A stretch of DNA of 20,000 nucleotides from Neophaeotheca triangularis. Taxonomy: Eukaryota. The stretch lies in NCBI GenBank assembly GCA_054600435.1, contig BAAIJX010000077.1, positions 50,530-70,529 of the forward strand. The letters run 5' to 3'. Positions 18,441 to 20,000 of the stretch are shown piece after piece. The notes under the pieces were generated by a model. The model made no database searches. It was given only the letters and a program-made list of their open reading frames with translations, and was not told the origin of the DNA. Both the position numbers and the translations under genes were made by a program. The first letter of the stretch is position 1. Each line of letters opens with the position of its first letter.

Positions 18441-19831
18441 ATGAACGCCCCTGAAGATGCAGCTACCGTGCTTGAACAATTTATGCATGATGGTACGTAT
18501 CGATGGATACAAATGCCTTTTCCTGCTCGATTCAATTTACTAACTTCGTTGCAGTGGCAAACATCCCCGCAGAAGTCCAGCATCTGCTCCAGGAGATGAC
18601 GGCCAAGGACACTCAGATCGCCAATTTCAAAGTCGAAATCGACAAGAGAGACGCTGCCCTACAGAAATGGGTGCGGGTGAATGGTGGCCATGTACACAAC
18701 CCCAAGGAGGAACAATTTTCACGTTACGTGAGCGAGTGCTACGACCGCTGCGAGATCTTGCAGGCCGAGAAGCTGGGTTTGAGCGAAAAGGCCCTGTTGC
18801 TTCTAGAAAGGCAAATGAAGCGTCTTGATGTCGGCGTCAAGGGCTTGCAAAATGCCGACCTCTTCCCTACCGACTGGAACGGACCATCTCTTCTCAGCGG
18901 TACTGGAACAGGCCCGAACACCCCCGCCAGCGGCAATGGTTCAGGACAACTCCCACTCCAATCCATCAGCAGCAATGTAGGAGTCACAGCCGGTGCTCCC
19001 AGCCTTGCAAACGCCGCTCAAGCCCGCATGGCCCACGCCAATAACCGAACCGGCTCCGGAGCGGCAGGCGCCTCCACTCCTAGCAACGTCTCTCGCTCCC
19101 AACGCGAGGGCAGCTCCGACACCTCCAAACGACGCCGCCTCAATGCCTCTTTAGGAAACTTGCCCACGGCATCCTCCAGCCTCCGTCAAAGCTCTCTAGG
19201 CCCAGGCACCCCCAAAGCCGGCACCCCCTCCGGCACCGGGCCCTCCGCCAACAGCAGTTCCCGCGCCGGCTCAGCCCAACCCTCTCGCGCCCCGACCAAC
19301 AAAAAGGGAGCAACTACAAGCACCACGGCACCCCCGAACGCCCGCAAAACGGCCCCCCACCAAGCCCCCGCCACAAGCAACACGCGCAAACGGCCCCGGC
19401 CCTCCACGAGCACAACCACCACGACAACCTCCAGCAAAAACCCCAAAGACCGCCGCCGCACGCTCGCAACAACAAACACGGCCCGCAACACCCCGACGCA
19501 CTCCCTCTCCCCGACGCCTTCCTCCGCAGCCTCGGCCTCCCCAACCCCCTCTTCCCTGCACACGACCAAAACCCCCGCCAACACGCACGCCCAGCGCGGC
19601 GGCAACAGCAAAAACGACAGCAACGACGAAGAAGAAAACGACACGACGCTGTATTGCTACTGCAGCAAGGTCAGCTACGGCGACATGGTGTGTTGCGACA
19701 ACGACGATTGCGGGATCCAGTGGTTCCATTGGGATTGCGTGGAATTAAAGCGTGAGCCCGAGGGCGAGTGGCTGTGTCCAGATTGCCGCAAGTTGCCGCG
19801 GGGCAAGATTAGGGTGAGCAGGGAAGATTAG
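18441..19831 (+). CDS. YNG2: ING-family PHD-finger protein, Yng2-like (NuA4 subunit), 2 exons (18441..18492, 18555..19831), 442 aa
   Basis: Spliced N-terminal ING domain MNAPEDAATVLEQFMHDVANIPAEVQHLLQEM. Intron 18493..18554 (GTACGT, TACTAAC, CAG). C-terminal PHD YCYCSKVSYGDMVCCDNDDCGIQWFHWDCV...WLCPDC. Confidence 0.88.
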
Positions 19832-19854
19832 CCCGAGTCTGGGAATGTCCGAGG

Positions 19855-19855
<1 letters not shown>

Positions 19856-19896
<41 letters not shown>

Positions 19897-20000
19897 GGGG
19901 GTTTGGGGGGGGGGTTTTGGGGGGTTTTGGTTGGGCTGGTTTTTTTGTTGGGGTGGGTGGTGGGGGCGATGGGGGGTTTAGGGTGGTTTGTGTTGGGGGC
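19856..20000 (+). repeat. G39 homopolymer followed by a G/T low-complexity tract
   Basis: G run at 19856-19894, then irregular G4-9/T2-7 blocks just downstream of the YNG2 stop. Confidence 0.9.

Noticed and set aside
17885..18554. ORF-track starts at 17980 (HOS2) and 18503 (YNG2)
   Set aside because: 17980 is a TTG. The ATG at 18503 lies inside intron 18493-18554, and the conserved ING N-terminus is in the upstream exon.

Overview
This is filamentous-ascomycete (Pezizomycotina) nuclear DNA, judged from short GT-AG introns with CTRAC branch sites and fungal-type proteins. Recognisable genes: the 3' end of an unknown protein (<2..757 +), an MFS transporter with an in-frame TAG at codon 44 (3691..5666 -), a 112-aa orphan with a 5'-UTR intron (6146..6484 -), and a head-to-head pair of chromatin genes, HOS2 histone deacetylase (16256..17884 -) and YNG2-like ING/PHD protein (18441..19831 +). 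The main finding lies in the apparently empty 7.2-11.1 kb interval: a minus-strand, apparently non-coding transcript with about 20 predicted introns. Its 5' half is a tandem array of about 11 duplicated exon+intron modules. Each exon folds into two hairpins with compensatory base changes, one carrying a conserved UGGGCGGG-type loop. Its 3' half has about 200-nt introns carrying box C/D snoRNA candidates, with guides complementary to conserved 25S and 18S rRNA segments. The rRNA sequences used were recalled from memory and must be verified.
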